Positions 26,547 through 37,328 of a DNA stretch of 61,151 bases are shown in pieces (positions within the stretch are counted from its first letter, which is position 1; each line of letters starts with the position of its first letter). Made by a program: the position numbers and the translations under genes. Origin of the DNA: a virus (taxonomy: Duplodnaviria > Caudoviricetes); IMG/VR virus record IMGVR_UViG_3300022602_002290, positions 1 to 61,151 of that record. The stretch is one strand, 5' to 3'. The notes beneath the pieces were generated by a model that was not told where the DNA came from, searched no databases, and worked only from the letters and a program-made list of their open reading frames with translations.

Positions 26547-27100
26547 AATATGCTGTTGATCTAAAGATTCCATTTAGTCCCCTTGCAGACTATTCTATAC
26601 TAAGCCAAACATCAGATGAGCCTGCAATATGGTTCGCTGATCAAGCGGATGTATCTAATAGTTTTAAACAGTGGCTATCTGATCAAGATCTAGTAATGAC
26701 ATATCCTCCTTTGATATTTTATACACCTCCCGGACAACAATGCGGTATACATATAGATGGATATGCAGTAGGCGATAGAGCATGTGTTAATTTTATATTT
26801 GGCGGAGCTGGTAGTTTGATGCATTGGTATAAACTTAATAATGACGTTACAACAACTGAGCAAGTAGAAACACAAGCAGGAACACCATATACTCTATATG
26901 AGCCAAAACAAGTAACTCATGTGTATTCACATAGCGTTAAATGGCCTAGCATCGTTCAAACTGGTGTTCCACATAATATTACAAATCACACGCAAGGTCC
27001 TCGTTGGTGCATCAGTTGTGATGTCAGTTTAAAATCTAATCCTGAAGTAGGACTGACTATGGATCAAGCATTAGAGGTATTTAAAAAATGGATATCTTAG
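26543..27100 (+). CDS. Cupin/2OG-Fe(II) hydroxylase-like protein
   Basis: IHIDG...VPHNI.N...R..IS. Confidence 0.65.
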   Translation: MKYAVDLKIPFSPLADYSILSQTSDEPAIWFADQADVSNSFKQWLSDQDLVMTYPPLIFYTPPGQQCGIHIDGYAVGDRACVNFIFGGAGSLMHWYKLNNDVTTTEQVETQAGTPYTLYEPKQVTHVYSHSVKWPSIVQTGVPHNITNHTQGPRWCISCDVSLKSNPEVGLTMDQALEVFKKWIS

Positions 27101-27738
27101 AACAAGCTCGTACTATATTAAAGAATACAAGTATCCCTTGGCTTGAATTAGATTTAAAATTTAATGTAGATGTTTGGAAACAGCAAGCATTAGAAGCAGA
27201 ACAATATTATACCGAATATAGAGATAGTGCAAGCTCTCTATGGAGCAGTTGTTGCTTGCACGGACTAGGTATAGATAAAACATATACAGCAAACAATTAT
27301 GGATATGACGAGTTCACTGCACCTTATCAATACACGGATCTATCTATCAAGACTCCTGTAATAACTAACTTCTGGAAAAATGAATTTCCTGCAGAAAGAT
27401 ATACTCGCATACGCTTTATGAAGATAGATGCGGGCGGATATATAGATTATCACAATGATGGTACATTGCCTGAGGGTATAGATCCATTAGACTCAATCCT
27501 GCCCATCAACCTAGCAATAAGCCATCCTGTAAATTGTACAATGGAATTAGATGGTAAAATAGTTCCTTGGACAGAAGGTAAAATCTTTTTGTTAAACATT
27601 AGCAAAGATCACGCAGTATTCAATCACAGTAGCAAGTCTAGAGTACATATGATCGCTAATATAATTTTAGGTAATCGTAAAGAAGAGTTTTGCGAAATGC
27701 TTGTAAGATGTTATAATAAACATTATGGTCAAATTTAA
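27088..27738 (+). CDS. Asp/Asn beta-hydroxylase-like 2OG-Fe(II) oxygenase
   Basis: R.RFM.I..GG.I..HND...HAV.N.S...R.H.I. Confidence 0.75.
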   Translation: MDILEQARTILKNTSIPWLELDLKFNVDVWKQQALEAEQYYTEYRDSASSLWSSCCLHGLGIDKTYTANNYGYDEFTAPYQYTDLSIKTPVITNFWKNEFPAERYTRIRFMKIDAGGYIDYHNDGTLPEGIDPLDSILPINLAISHPVNCTMELDGKIVPWTEGKIFLLNISKDHAVFNHSSKSRVHMIANIILGNRKEEFCEMLVRCYNKHYGQI

Positions 27739-29050
27739 TAATCCCGAAGCTTCTACCGAAATAGTATACATAGTGTTGGATAGGATAAGTTCCTGCCAAA
27801 CACAGTGGACGGCTGAACTAATGAAAAATCTTAGCGATTTTGTTGTTAGCAATATACTAGATAAAGGCTACAACGTAATACAAGGGATTGATGAAGACGA
27901 TCTTCTAAGAGAAGCATCTGCTCATTATGATTATGCAGTTGTATTAAGCACAGGTACCGAATTTATTAATGGTAGCGTTTTCTTTGATGAAGTAGAAAGA
28001 ACTGTAAACAGTGATCGAGCATTTTTCTTAATAGGACATATACCTGATAGAGATGATGGCTACTATGAATTACACGAACAATGCTATATCATCAACCTTA
28101 AAAAATATAAAGAGTTAGGTTCTCCTATTGTAGGAGAGTTTGCTTTCTATAGTCCACATACACAAGTAGAGCCTGCCCGTAGTGATCTTAATATACACGA
28201 CGATTACACACCACTATGGATCTTGCCAGGACATAACGAAAGAAACTACAAACATAAATGGCACGGTTGGAATATATTATCAGTGGCATTAGCAAATAAT
28301 GAGATTGTCAAAGTGTTTCCTAGCGTGTTTAGAAAAAACAAAAAGCACTACTATCCAAATTACGAACCTGCCTTCTTGCCAGCAAGCTCATATCTATACG
28401 GAAAGTATAGTGTTGCAAGTCAAGCCTTATTCTATCCGTATAATACAGAAGAGTTTGTTGCTATAGATTTTAAAGGACCGATACAACAGTTAGTAATTCA
28501 AGCCAGCGGACTACAATGGTATGAATACTTGTTGTATTATGGATACAATGAAAATACCGTAGTGCGTTTTGTAGATTATAATCTATTTGCATTAGAATGT
28601 ATGCATTACATTATTTCTAATTGGAACGCTGATACAAACTACATAAATTTTGTGCGTGAATACGTTGAGAATCGTAAAAGTATACTGTCATCCGGAGGTG
28701 AACATTTTATTACTATGACAGGTGATAAACAACAAGTTGACCCTAAGATGTGGATAGATATGATGAACACAGTTAAATTTGAATTCCATCATCAAGATAT
28801 TGTTCTTAACACAGAACTGCCGGTAAGGGTATGGGTAGATAACGTACCTAACACACTTATACATCTAAGTCATATATTCAATTACGATCCTGTTGCGCCA
28901 TTTGTTCCTTTAAAAACTAGAATATATAATAAAACAGTATTGTTTGATAAGTTAAAAACACATGTTCCTGATGCAATGGTTATTATGGTAGATGATTTCA
29001 ATACTACTAGACCAACATGGCATATGAACGGAGACTGGAATGGAATTTAA
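27725..29050 (+). CDS. Hypothetical protein (possibly transferase-like)
   Basis: 441-aa ORF overlapping both neighbours; no motif recognised with confidence. Confidence 0.7.
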   Translation: MVKFNNPEASTEIVYIVLDRISSCQTQWTAELMKNLSDFVVSNILDKGYNVIQGIDEDDLLREASAHYDYAVVLSTGTEFINGSVFFDEVERTVNSDRAFFLIGHIPDRDDGYYELHEQCYIINLKKYKELGSPIVGEFAFYSPHTQVEPARSDLNIHDDYTPLWILPGHNERNYKHKWHGWNILSVALANNEIVKVFPSVFRKNKKHYYPNYEPAFLPASSYLYGKYSVASQALFYPYNTEEFVAIDFKGPIQQLVIQASGLQWYEYLLYYGYNENTVVRFVDYNLFALECMHYIISNWNADTNYINFVREYVENRKSILSSGGEHFITMTGDKQQVDPKMWIDMMNTVKFEFHHQDIVLNTELPVRVWVDNVPNTLIHLSHIFNYDPVAPFVPLKTRIYNKTVLFDKLKTHVPDAMVIMVDDFNTTRPTWHMNGDWNGI

Positions 29051-29651
29051 AAGCGTAGCGATAACAGGACATACCAGTGGCATAGGAAAAGGATTGTTTG
29101 AATATTTTACAGCTAAAGGATGCAATGTTAAAGGGTTCAGCAAAGACAACGGTTTTGACATCAGCAATAAAACTAATCAAGACTTGATAGTAGAATTTAC
29201 AAAAGACTGCGATCTATTCATTAACAATGCTTACCATCATTATGCACAAGTTGAATTGATGAAGTTGTGGCAACAACAGCATTGGCACGATAATCATTTT
29301 ATAATCAACACCAGCAGTATTGCCGCAGAACCTCTAGCGGATATTCCTGATAGTTTTCCTTGGCTAACTCCTTACGGAGAAGAAAAGTATGCTATCAATA
29401 AAACCAGTTGGGAAATTAATCATAGCGGTAGCAACTGTAAAAGCATAGTTGTAATGCCAGGAGTGGTACAGACTAATTTTTATAACCCTTATGATACTGT
29501 AGAACAAAATGGTGCAGAACTGTATGATCAAATTGTTAAGACTAACAGTATCATTACAGTAGATGATCTAGTTAAAACTATAGATCTTGTGCTACAGAGT
29601 ATTAATGGAAGAAACTTTATTTCTAGTTTCACAGTTCTAAATGGATATTGA
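29040..29651 (+). CDS. Short-chain dehydrogenase/reductase
   Basis: AITGHTSGIG, FINNA, NTSS and YxxxK (YGEEK). Confidence 0.85.
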   Translation: MEFKSVAITGHTSGIGKGLFEYFTAKGCNVKGFSKDNGFDISNKTNQDLIVEFTKDCDLFINNAYHHYAQVELMKLWQQQHWHDNHFIINTSSIAAEPLADIPDSFPWLTPYGEEKYAINKTSWEINHSGSNCKSIVVMPGVVQTNFYNPYDTVEQNGAELYDQIVKTNSIITVDDLVKTIDLVLQSINGRNFISSFTVLNGY

Positions 29652-30060
29652 TTATTGGATAACGCATATTAGCCAACCGCGTTCTGAGCTGGACGGTATG
29701 CCAGTATGTCCTTTTGCTAAGAATAGTGATGTAAGCATAATTGAAACAGATGGTAGCGATATAGATCCACCTCCATGGGCTTTTGATCTAATCATATATA
29801 AACTGCCCGATCATTATACTATTGAAGAAATAAATGACATAGCAGTAGAATACAATAATCTGTATCCGGAAATGGTTTTCTTGCCGGACCATAAAGACAA
29901 GGACACATTTATAAATGGTGTACAAACAAACAATGGTCGCTATAACTTTATCTTGTGCCAATGGAGAGATGATCTACAGTCCGCTAGAGATAAATTAAAG
30001 AAAACAAGTTACTACAGCTTCTGGGCCGATGACTATTTGAAAGAGATAACAGAGAAATGA
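29641..30060 (+). CDS. Hypothetical protein (CPFAK motif)
   Basis: 139-aa coupled ORF. Confidence 0.7.
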   Translation: MDIDYWITHISQPRSELDGMPVCPFAKNSDVSIIETDGSDIDPPPWAFDLIIYKLPDHYTIEEINDIAVEYNNLYPEMVFLPDHKDKDTFINGVQTNNGRYNFILCQWRDDLQSARDKLKKTSYYSFWADDYLKEITEK

Positions 30061-30632
30061 TAAAACACCTATTTCCTAATCTAATACTAGATACAGATTT
30101 TCCTGATTGGGATATTTGCCAAGCCGAGATATTAGATTATATAAAAAATAATCCAACTGATGAATTAGTAATCAACGCAGAGGAATTTGTTAATAATAAA
30201 TTTATCTGCATGAATATCTTAAACTATTGTCCAGAAACTCGCAAGCGTGTTAAACAACTGATACACGAATACGCCGAAGCGGCTAATATAAAAACACTCG
30301 TGCTTGAAGACAGCTGGATAACTGAATATAATCAGAAAGAATATATTCCAGGACATACACATCTTCCTAAGTTTGTATCCGGAGTAGTGTTCATCAAACA
30401 ACCGCAGAAAGGCGGAATGTTTTATTTCAACAGTCCACAACACGATCTAGACAATATAGCACAACACGAACACTATAAGAGTTTTACTCCGGAGTCCGAA
30501 CGTGTACATATTATTAGACCTAGAGAAGGACAAGTATTAATTTTCAAATCATATATGCATCATGGAACTACTCCTGTGTTTTCAGATGAGACAAGATATA
30601 CATTAGCGTTCAACGTAGGAATAGAAAAATGA
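30057..30632 (+). CDS. Putative 2OG-Fe(II) oxygenase (HxH type)
   Basis: SW...HTH...SGV.F...IF.S...H.T....R...AFN. Confidence 0.8.
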   Translation: MIKHLFPNLILDTDFPDWDICQAEILDYIKNNPTDELVINAEEFVNNKFICMNILNYCPETRKRVKQLIHEYAEAANIKTLVLEDSWITEYNQKEYIPGHTHLPKFVSGVVFIKQPQKGGMFYFNSPQHDLDNIAQHEHYKSFTPESERVHIIRPREGQVLIFKSYMHHGTTPVFSDETRYTLAFNVGIEK

Positions 30633-31702
30633 GTATTTGGACAAATTGGGATCCGTTACAGGAAGTAATCGTTGGAGATTGCTATGAGCCAGGCACACTA
30701 GATGCAGTACTACCTAAGGGTGCAGAACTACAGTTTAATAAGATACTAGAAGAAACTAAAGAAGATTTACAAAATCTAGCCGATTATCTAACACGATTAA
30801 AAATTAAAGTACATAGACCAAAAGTTCCTGAATATAAATCTTATATAGATTTAGGATATTTTAAAGTATTAAATCCTACTGCACCTATTGTTCCTAGAGA
30901 TCAGTATCTCGCATATGGTAAAACAATATATCAAACATATACCAGCATGCCTGATAGATATTTTGATAGCATTAACTATAATCATATATTCAAGGAAAAG
31001 TTTGACGAAGGGTATAATTGGATTAGCCAGCCGCCCCCTGTGTTAAAAGCATTGCACCAAGACAAATGGTGGGCCGACGGTAAAGATATCTATCATCATA
31101 CATTGAATAATCGTATACTTTGGCATACCGCTACAATGTTTAAGTGCGGGAGTAAGTTAATAACAAACACAGAGGGTCCAGGAACAGAAGCAGGACTAGA
31201 ATGGATGAGTCGTAATCTACCTGCGGGAACTATTATTAGTGCTGGCCGTAACTACCAAAAGAGTTGGGGACATATTGATCATGGTTGGTTTATGGCCAAT
31301 GACAATCTAGTATTTTGTGCCAATAAAGAATGGGTGCCTGAACCTTTACGCAACAAAGAGATCGTTGAGTTTTCTACATTAGTTGACAAGTTTGACGATG
31401 AAAAGTTTATAGCTGGTTATACTAAAGCAGGGGGCAAGTTTACTAAAGAATGGATCGATACATGGTTAACTGAATGGAAGGGGTATGCACAAGATGTATT
31501 CTTTGACAGTAATGTATTAGTAGTAGATCCACAGAATATTATATTCTCTAACACACAGCCTAAACTGTTTAAATTATTAGAAGGGTATGGAATCACACCG
31601 CACGTTGTAAAACAACGACACGGACTATTCTGGGAAAGCGGAATACATTGTATGACTTTGGATCTAGCTAGAGAGGGCGAAAGCCGACGCATAATCAATT
31701 AA
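30629..31702 (+). CDS. Amidinotransferase (glycine/inosamine-phosphate amidinotransferase family)
   Basis: WDPLQEVIVG, PRD, HID and C-terminal GIHCMT catalytic Cys. Confidence 0.85.
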   Translation: MSIWTNWDPLQEVIVGDCYEPGTLDAVLPKGAELQFNKILEETKEDLQNLADYLTRLKIKVHRPKVPEYKSYIDLGYFKVLNPTAPIVPRDQYLAYGKTIYQTYTSMPDRYFDSINYNHIFKEKFDEGYNWISQPPPVLKALHQDKWWADGKDIYHHTLNNRILWHTATMFKCGSKLITNTEGPGTEAGLEWMSRNLPAGTIISAGRNYQKSWGHIDHGWFMANDNLVFCANKEWVPEPLRNKEIVEFSTLVDKFDDEKFIAGYTKAGGKFTKEWIDTWLTEWKGYAQDVFFDSNVLVVDPQNIIFSNTQPKLFKLLEGYGITPHVVKQRHGLFWESGIHCMTLDLAREGESRRIIN

Positions 31703-32851
31703 TGCATTGGTTAGGCAAGACTCTAATCTTACGAACCAGCTAGGCGGAGCAGTGATCGGCACGATAAACAACAGTCCGTTGCCTCCTTCATTCCACAGTC
31801 CTGCATAAAGGCCGTGCTTGTATAAGAAGCTTTCAAACAAGGTATCAAGCGGCTTTTCGTTTAACAGCACTAGATTAAACACAAGACCGTGATTGGTATA
31901 GGACTTAATCAATCCTTGCTCTACTAATCTATCAGCTAACTCCTTAGTCCAGGTTATTAGTTGAGGAACTTTATCTAGTAGTTGTTCTTTTTCTAACAGA
32001 TCTAAATAGGCAAGAGTTGAGTATATACCACTTAGATTGAAACTGTAACTGAATCCGTGTGCCCACATAGTATCTTTAACTTTATTAAACACTAGATCAT
32101 TTATGCAGGTAGCACTAAGCGGAAAGTAACCCCCGCTTAATGCTTTGCCCATAGTAAAGACATCTGGTTGGACTACGTCTTTCCAACCAAAGAATGAACC
32201 AGTCTTCCCACCGCACATTGCGATGTCATCGACAATAAGAACTATATTCTTATCGGTACATGCTTGACGTAGTCCTTGCCAGAATTCTTTACCTGGATTA
32301 TACAATCCGTTTTGCCAACTACTTGTTTCTATAACCACAGCACATAGATCATCAGTAATGTTATCTAATGTGTAATTGCTAATAATGCAACGAGAATCCT
32401 TTCCAAATGTATTTGTGATATATGTGGCATCGCTAATACTTGAGCTCATGTAAGTGCTACCATGATAGCTTTTAGTAAATCCTAAAAATTTATTGCGACC
32501 GTTATACAGTTGTGCTATTTTAATAGCACCTTCTATAGCATCACTGCCACTTACTGAAAAGAAACTGCGATATCCTTGGCTCATATTATACAAGCGATTA
32601 CCTAATTCTATTACAGCAGGATGTGTAGTATAAAATTCTCCGCTACTAAATGGAGCTTGTTTCATCTGTTCTGATACGTAGTCCACTATGTCTGTGCGTT
32701 TAAATCCTATAGGAAAACAACCGCAACTGCCTAGACTTAAATCCATCTTAGGAGATCCGTTGTCAACGAACCCGTAGTCTATATATTCATGTATTACACG
32801 AAGTGACTGTGAGCTATTAGTTGCATAGGGAAATAATAGTTTTGAATCCAT
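31664..32851 (-). CDS. Class III PLP-dependent aminotransferase
   Basis: SGSDAIEGAIK, SYHGST, IVDDI...GKTG and PLP lysine in GKALSGG. Confidence 0.9.
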   Translation of the reverse strand: MDSKLLFPYATNSSQSLRVIHEYIDYGFVDNGSPKMDLSLGSCGCFPIGFKRTDIVDYVSEQMKQAPFSSGEFYTTHPAVIELGNRLYNMSQGYRSFFSVSGSDAIEGAIKIAQLYNGRNKFLGFTKSYHGSTYMSSSISDATYITNTFGKDSRCIISNYTLDNITDDLCAVVIETSSWQNGLYNPGKEFWQGLRQACTDKNIVLIVDDIAMCGGKTGSFFGWKDVVQPDVFTMGKALSGGYFPLSATCINDLVFNKVKDTMWAHGFSYSFNLSGIYSTLAYLDLLEKEQLLDKVPQLITWTKELADRLVEQGLIKSYTNHGLVFNLVLLNEKPLDTLFESFLYKHGLYAGLWNEGGNGLLFIVPITAPPSWFVRLESCLTNALIDYASAFALSS

Positions 32852-34347
32852 TACGAAAAATATTTTCCAAAAGTAACATCAAGGTTTGTTTTATATTCTT
32901 GTTCCATGAGCTGTATTCTATTTGCTTTCCAGCTTTCATATTCTGCTCTAATTGATTCTTCTTTGCCTTGAAGCTGTGCTCTAGCAACATCTTTTGATAT
33001 AAAGCCCAACCCTGATAGTATTTGATTCCAAGCCTGATGCCCAATACTATTTTCAGGATTAGGGACGTCTTCTTCTGTTAGTAATCGATGCTTGCTTATT
33101 TCTAAAACATGCTTAACAAAATCAGTAGATATATCAGTGTTAGCTACGTGTTTCCAAAAAGGAGTATCTTCTTTTCCTCCTAGATAATGTAAGATAATAA
33201 AATCTCTTATATCATCGTACATTGCACCTATTTCTTTGTTGTAACGATCTATCACAGATTTATTACAAGTTTCTTCTCTAGTCATTTTTAGATTTTCAAC
33301 AAATTTAGTAAGTTGTATGGTAGATGCATGTATGCTGGTTGCTTCTAATGGTTCAATGAACGCAGAAGCTAATCCTAGTGCGATACAATTTTTAAACCAC
33401 GGTGTTTGATGCCTACCTGGTTCAAATTTAATTTGTTTAATTGGAGTTATATCGTATTTGAAATATTGTACAAGTTCTAACTCTGCTTGATTGAATGTCA
33501 TAAATTCATCACAGAATACATATCCACATCCGTATCTTTCTAGTGTAGGTATTTGCCAAGCCCACCCAGCAGATAATGCGTGTGCTGTAGTAACAGGTTG
33601 TGGGCGTATTGGATTTTCATATCCGTAAGGTAGATAGAAAGGTAATGCAGAATTTAAAAGCAAATGATCTTTATAACTTTTCCAGCCCGTGTTTAATTTG
33701 TCTATTAGTATCCTAGCGAATCCTGTACAATCTATAAAGAAATCGCCTTCTACATACTGCTTGTTATGCAGTCTGATGCTTACAATACCATGTACATCTT
33801 GAAACACATTCTCAACACGAGAATCTATGCATTCTCCGCCCATCTGTAAAACTTGTCGTTTAAAGTAGCGTCCTATCTTGTGACCATCAAAGTGATAGCT
33901 GAATCCCTCAGTAGGTGAAACTCCTGATTCGTCTTGTTTTACAACAGATCTTTTTTCATCAATGAACATGCCTAATTCACTAATAGCATGTATAGGACCT
34001 TCGCACAATATCTGTAGTGCTAGATAATCATTTAGTTTAGGGTCTCTAGAAAAATTTAAATCCAAAGGATTATGATAGGTACTAGGAGTTTTAGTCCAAT
34101 TTACGTGCTTAGTGCCCTGCTTGAATGTAGCATCGGTCTTAATTATAAAATCTTTTATGTCTATGCAAAAATCAACAGATCTACCATTTACAATACTTCC
34201 AAGTATGTGTGTTGATCCTTCACCGACTCCAATAATACCATCTGCAGAACTTTCAATTACTGTTACCTGCTGTTCTGGTTGAGATTTTAAAATATAGTAA
34301 GCCGCTAACCATCCTGCTGTACCGCCTCCAACTATAACAATTTTCAT
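32851..34347 (-). CDS. Flavin-dependent tryptophan-halogenase-like protein
   Basis: GGGTAG, IGVGE, ATFK, WAWQIP and FIEPLEAT; ATGA-coupled start at 34347. Confidence 0.9.
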   Translation of the reverse strand: MKIVIVGGGTAGWLAAYYILKSQPEQQVTVIESSADGIIGVGEGSTHILGSIVNGRSVDFCIDIKDFIIKTDATFKQGTKHVNWTKTPSTYHNPLDLNFSRDPKLNDYLALQILCEGPIHAISELGMFIDEKRSVVKQDESGVSPTEGFSYHFDGHKIGRYFKRQVLQMGGECIDSRVENVFQDVHGIVSIRLHNKQYVEGDFFIDCTGFARILIDKLNTGWKSYKDHLLLNSALPFYLPYGYENPIRPQPVTTAHALSAGWAWQIPTLERYGCGYVFCDEFMTFNQAELELVQYFKYDITPIKQIKFEPGRHQTPWFKNCIALGLASAFIEPLEATSIHASTIQLTKFVENLKMTREETCNKSVIDRYNKEIGAMYDDIRDFIILHYLGGKEDTPFWKHVANTDISTDFVKHVLEISKHRLLTEEDVPNPENSIGHQAWNQILSGLGFISKDVARAQLQGKEESIRAEYESWKANRIQLMEQEYKTNLDVTFGKYFS

Positions 34348-34985
34348 TTTCTTATATCCCATTCACGATTTGCAATCATCCAATCTGATCCTTTACATCC
34401 TACATTGAACGATACTGCGTATCTATAATCGTTTGTGTTATTCTTTCGTGTCTTATGTCGTAGCCAGCCCGGAAATAATATCAAATCTCCTGTTTGAATC
34501 TCTATACTCGTTTCTAACCATTCTGGTACATCTTCTGGACGTTGATAGTCGTATGGTTGCATAGATGCAACAAGTGAGTTTGGATTTTCAAACACTAAGT
34601 TCCCCATGTCTTTGTCTGCCTTAAGATATAAAACACCTGCTAAGACATACGGAGCATGATTGTGTGCGATTACCTCAGAGCCTGTGCTATTTCGATTCAT
34701 CCAGCACTCGCTTATAAATGGATCCAGACCCCTATAAAATTTAAATTGTTTCCAACAGTCTGCAATACAAACATTGAGCTGTTCAACTATATCTTTAAAC
34801 GACTCATCCTCATGTAGTTTATTATTCACATTAAAGGTAGTAGTTACTCCTGAAGAAAAATCTGGGTGCGCACTATGTAGTCCTTCAAATATAGGTTTTA
34901 CCTTTGGCATTATTTGATCCAATGCAGTTTCAACACCATGTATTTTGGTCTTATAGATGTTGATAGGAAAGATTTGTGTGAGCAT
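34344..34985 (-). CDS. Putative 2OG-Fe(II) oxygenase (HxH type)
   Basis: W.N...HNH...GVLY...LFPGWL.H...R..VSFN; TATAAATA 4 nt before ATG 34985. Confidence 0.8.
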   Translation of the reverse strand: MLTQIFPINIYKTKIHGVETALDQIMPKVKPIFEGLHSAHPDFSSGVTTTFNVNNKLHEDESFKDIVEQLNVCIADCWKQFKFYRGLDPFISECWMNRNSTGSEVIAHNHAPYVLAGVLYLKADKDMGNLVFENPNSLVASMQPYDYQRPEDVPEWLETSIEIQTGDLILFPGWLRHKTRKNNTNDYRYAVSFNVGCKGSDWMIANREWDIRK

Positions 34986-35025
34986 GGGATATTTATAGTT
35001 AAGTACGCTGTTAATAAATATTATC

Positions 35026-35649
35026 ATGATACGTATATCAACAGCAGAAATCACATATAATCAACAAGTAGCAGAACTATATAATCTTATTGATCCTAAA
35101 GATGAGAATGAACATTTTATTAGATTGTTTTTGAAGTATCATAAATCTGTTAATGGATCGCTAATAGACTTGTGCTGTGGGCTTGGTAAATTGTGTGATG
35201 AATTTAAAAAATTTAATCCTAATTTATCTATCACGGGCTGTGATAAATCTCCGGATATGCTAAAACATCGCGCTGATTTAATAGTTGGAGATATAGTTAA
35301 CCTAACAGGACAATACGATAATATAGTAAGCACTTACGGATATAGACACTTTGATAATGTTGATCAATTTTGGGAGACTGTATTTAGACTGTCACACGAC
35401 AATACTAAAATTTTAATATGTGATTGGTTAAGGCCCGATGATGCAAGCTCAATCAGATCCGTGCTATCTTATTTTTCTTCGATAGATGATCCTGCATTAA
35501 TAAAATTACATCCTATGATTGAACTATGTATTCAATCTGCTTATAGCAAAAGTGAAATAGCTATTCAAATAAAAAAGTATCCCACTCTAAAAGTAGATTA
35601 TTATGATACTGGTTTTGGTATAGAGTTATTTTATATCTACAACACTTAG
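35026..35649 (+). CDS. Class I SAM-dependent methyltransferase
   Basis: LIDLCCGLG and GCDKSPDML. Confidence 0.85.
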   Translation: MIRISTAEITYNQQVAELYNLIDPKDENEHFIRLFLKYHKSVNGSLIDLCCGLGKLCDEFKKFNPNLSITGCDKSPDMLKHRADLIVGDIVNLTGQYDNIVSTYGYRHFDNVDQFWETVFRLSHDNTKILICDWLRPDDASSIRSVLSYFSSIDDPALIKLHPMIELCIQSAYSKSEIAIQIKKYPTLKVDYYDTGFGIELFYIYNT

Positions 35650-36210
35650 CGATAACGAGATGCGAGGATAGTCTAAGTTGTTTACGCTGTGTATCATAGA
35701 CGTATTGATCTCATGCCATCTACGAGGTTCTATTGTTATTTGATCAATTAACTCTATCCTATCTTCTGTAAAAGTTGTATGCGGATAAACAGATAAATGT
35801 TTGAATTCTTGTTTTGGTTGATAAAACGATGTAGTAGCATTGCCAGTTGAGATGACGTAGTTGTAGGCTTTGTATCGTATCTCATCAACGTGCGGAGGAA
35901 TGTTCCTACCTCCGTGCATGTGTTGTATGCTTATATAGGCAAACTCTCCTATATTTTCATAAACCCAATCAGCTATTGAATCACTGACATCTAAGAAATC
36001 AAACCTAGCAATATCTCCTGTAGCTTCTGACAGAGGATACCCTAAAGAATCCTCAAGATTGTACTTGAACTTTTTAACTTCTTCTAAAACAGTGTTTGAA
36101 GCTTTTATGTTTAGATCTTCTATGCTATGATCAATAGATCCTTCAACCAAAGATAATATTTGTTTTTCTAAATAGTCTGGAAGGGTTGGTAAATCTAAAT
36201 AATTAAACAT
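35626..36210 (-). CDS. Cupin/2OG-Fe(II) hydroxylase-like protein
   Basis: PPHVD.R...NY...WH..N...HSV.N...RISLS; start at ATG 36210. Confidence 0.7.
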   Translation of the reverse strand: MFNYLDLPTLPDYLEKQILSLVEGSIDHSIEDLNIKASNTVLEEVKKFKYNLEDSLGYPLSEATGDIARFDFLDVSDSIADWVYENIGEFAYISIQHMHGGRNIPPHVDEIRYKAYNYVISTGNATTSFYQPKQEFKHLSVYPHTTFTEDRIELIDQITIEPRRWHEINTSMIHSVNNLDYPRISLSLSVVDIK

Positions 36211-36230
36211 ACGAATACTTATTATACCGC

Positions 36231-37328
36231 ATGAACGAAAAAAAATATATAGAAATACAGTTAGAGCAACAGTATGCATACCATCCAGGATTAAAGTCCT
36301 ATAAGCGTGGAGCAGATCTACCTAATGTATGGAAATACGATTGCAATATTCCCTCACGTGCTTTGAGCATAGATTTTAGGGGTGACTGTCACGTTTGTAT
36401 ATGCGAAGTATTTTTACCAATTCCTGTAGGTAATATATTAGATTTTGAATCGTTGGAAGATGTTTGGACAAGCCCTATTGCCAAGGAACTACAAAAAGAC
36501 ATAGAGATAGAAAACAAGTATACCTACTGTGCTGTAGAACATTGTGGTATATTGCAAATGGATCAACATCTATCTCGTTATAAGTTAAGCATTGATGTTG
36601 ATGAGAGTTGTAATCTAGCATGTCCTAGTTGTAGACGTGAACCTATTATGTTAAACAGTGGTCCAGAGTACGAACGTAGAAAGAACATAATAGATCACAT
36701 TCTTAAATTAGTACAAAAATTTGATAAGCCTATCACTATCACAACCAGCGGCGGCGATGTATTTGCAAGTAGAATACTACGTCCCTTGTTTATCGATTGG
36801 CAACCAAAAGATACACAGGAGTTTATATTCCAAACAAATGGGCTCTTGATGAAAAAATTATTACCCGATTCTAATATTGTTTCTAAGATTACTGAACTGT
36901 TAGTAAGTGTGGATGCAGGTACTAAAGAAGTATATGAAGTAGTCCGATCGCCCGGTAAGTTCGATGTGCTGGAAGAAAATCTAGAATGGTTATCTAGCAA
37001 TAGGCATCTATTACCTAATGCCGAAATCAAGATACGTTATGTAATGCAATCAGCTAATGCAGAGGATCTTGTTAATTTTGCTCAAATGTGTAAAAGACTT
37101 AATTTTCAAGGTGTTGTGAGTAAAGTAGATGATTGGGGTACTTGGGATAATTTTAGTGAACATGATGTTACAATTCCTAGTCATCCTAAACATCAATTAG
37201 CTATGCAACAAATATTGCAAGTACTAAAAGAATATACAAAACAAGAAATGTATATTCAAGAGTCGTTAGTTGCTATGAGCCGTACACTCGATCATATATC
37301 TCAGGAAGAACATCGTCAGGCCATTTGA
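36231..37328 (+). CDS. Radical SAM protein with an N-terminal SPASM-like cluster
   Basis: CNLACPSC, SGGD, TNG and SVDA; N-terminal C...C.C...C...C. Confidence 0.9.
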   Translation: MNEKKYIEIQLEQQYAYHPGLKSYKRGADLPNVWKYDCNIPSRALSIDFRGDCHVCICEVFLPIPVGNILDFESLEDVWTSPIAKELQKDIEIENKYTYCAVEHCGILQMDQHLSRYKLSIDVDESCNLACPSCRREPIMLNSGPEYERRKNIIDHILKLVQKFDKPITITTSGGDVFASRILRPLFIDWQPKDTQEFIFQTNGLLMKKLLPDSNIVSKITELLVSVDAGTKEVYEVVRSPGKFDVLEENLEWLSSNRHLLPNAEIKIRYVMQSANAEDLVNFAQMCKRLNFQGVVSKVDDWGTWDNFSEHDVTIPSHPKHQLAMQQILQVLKEYTKQEMYIQESLVAMSRTLDHISQEEHRQAI

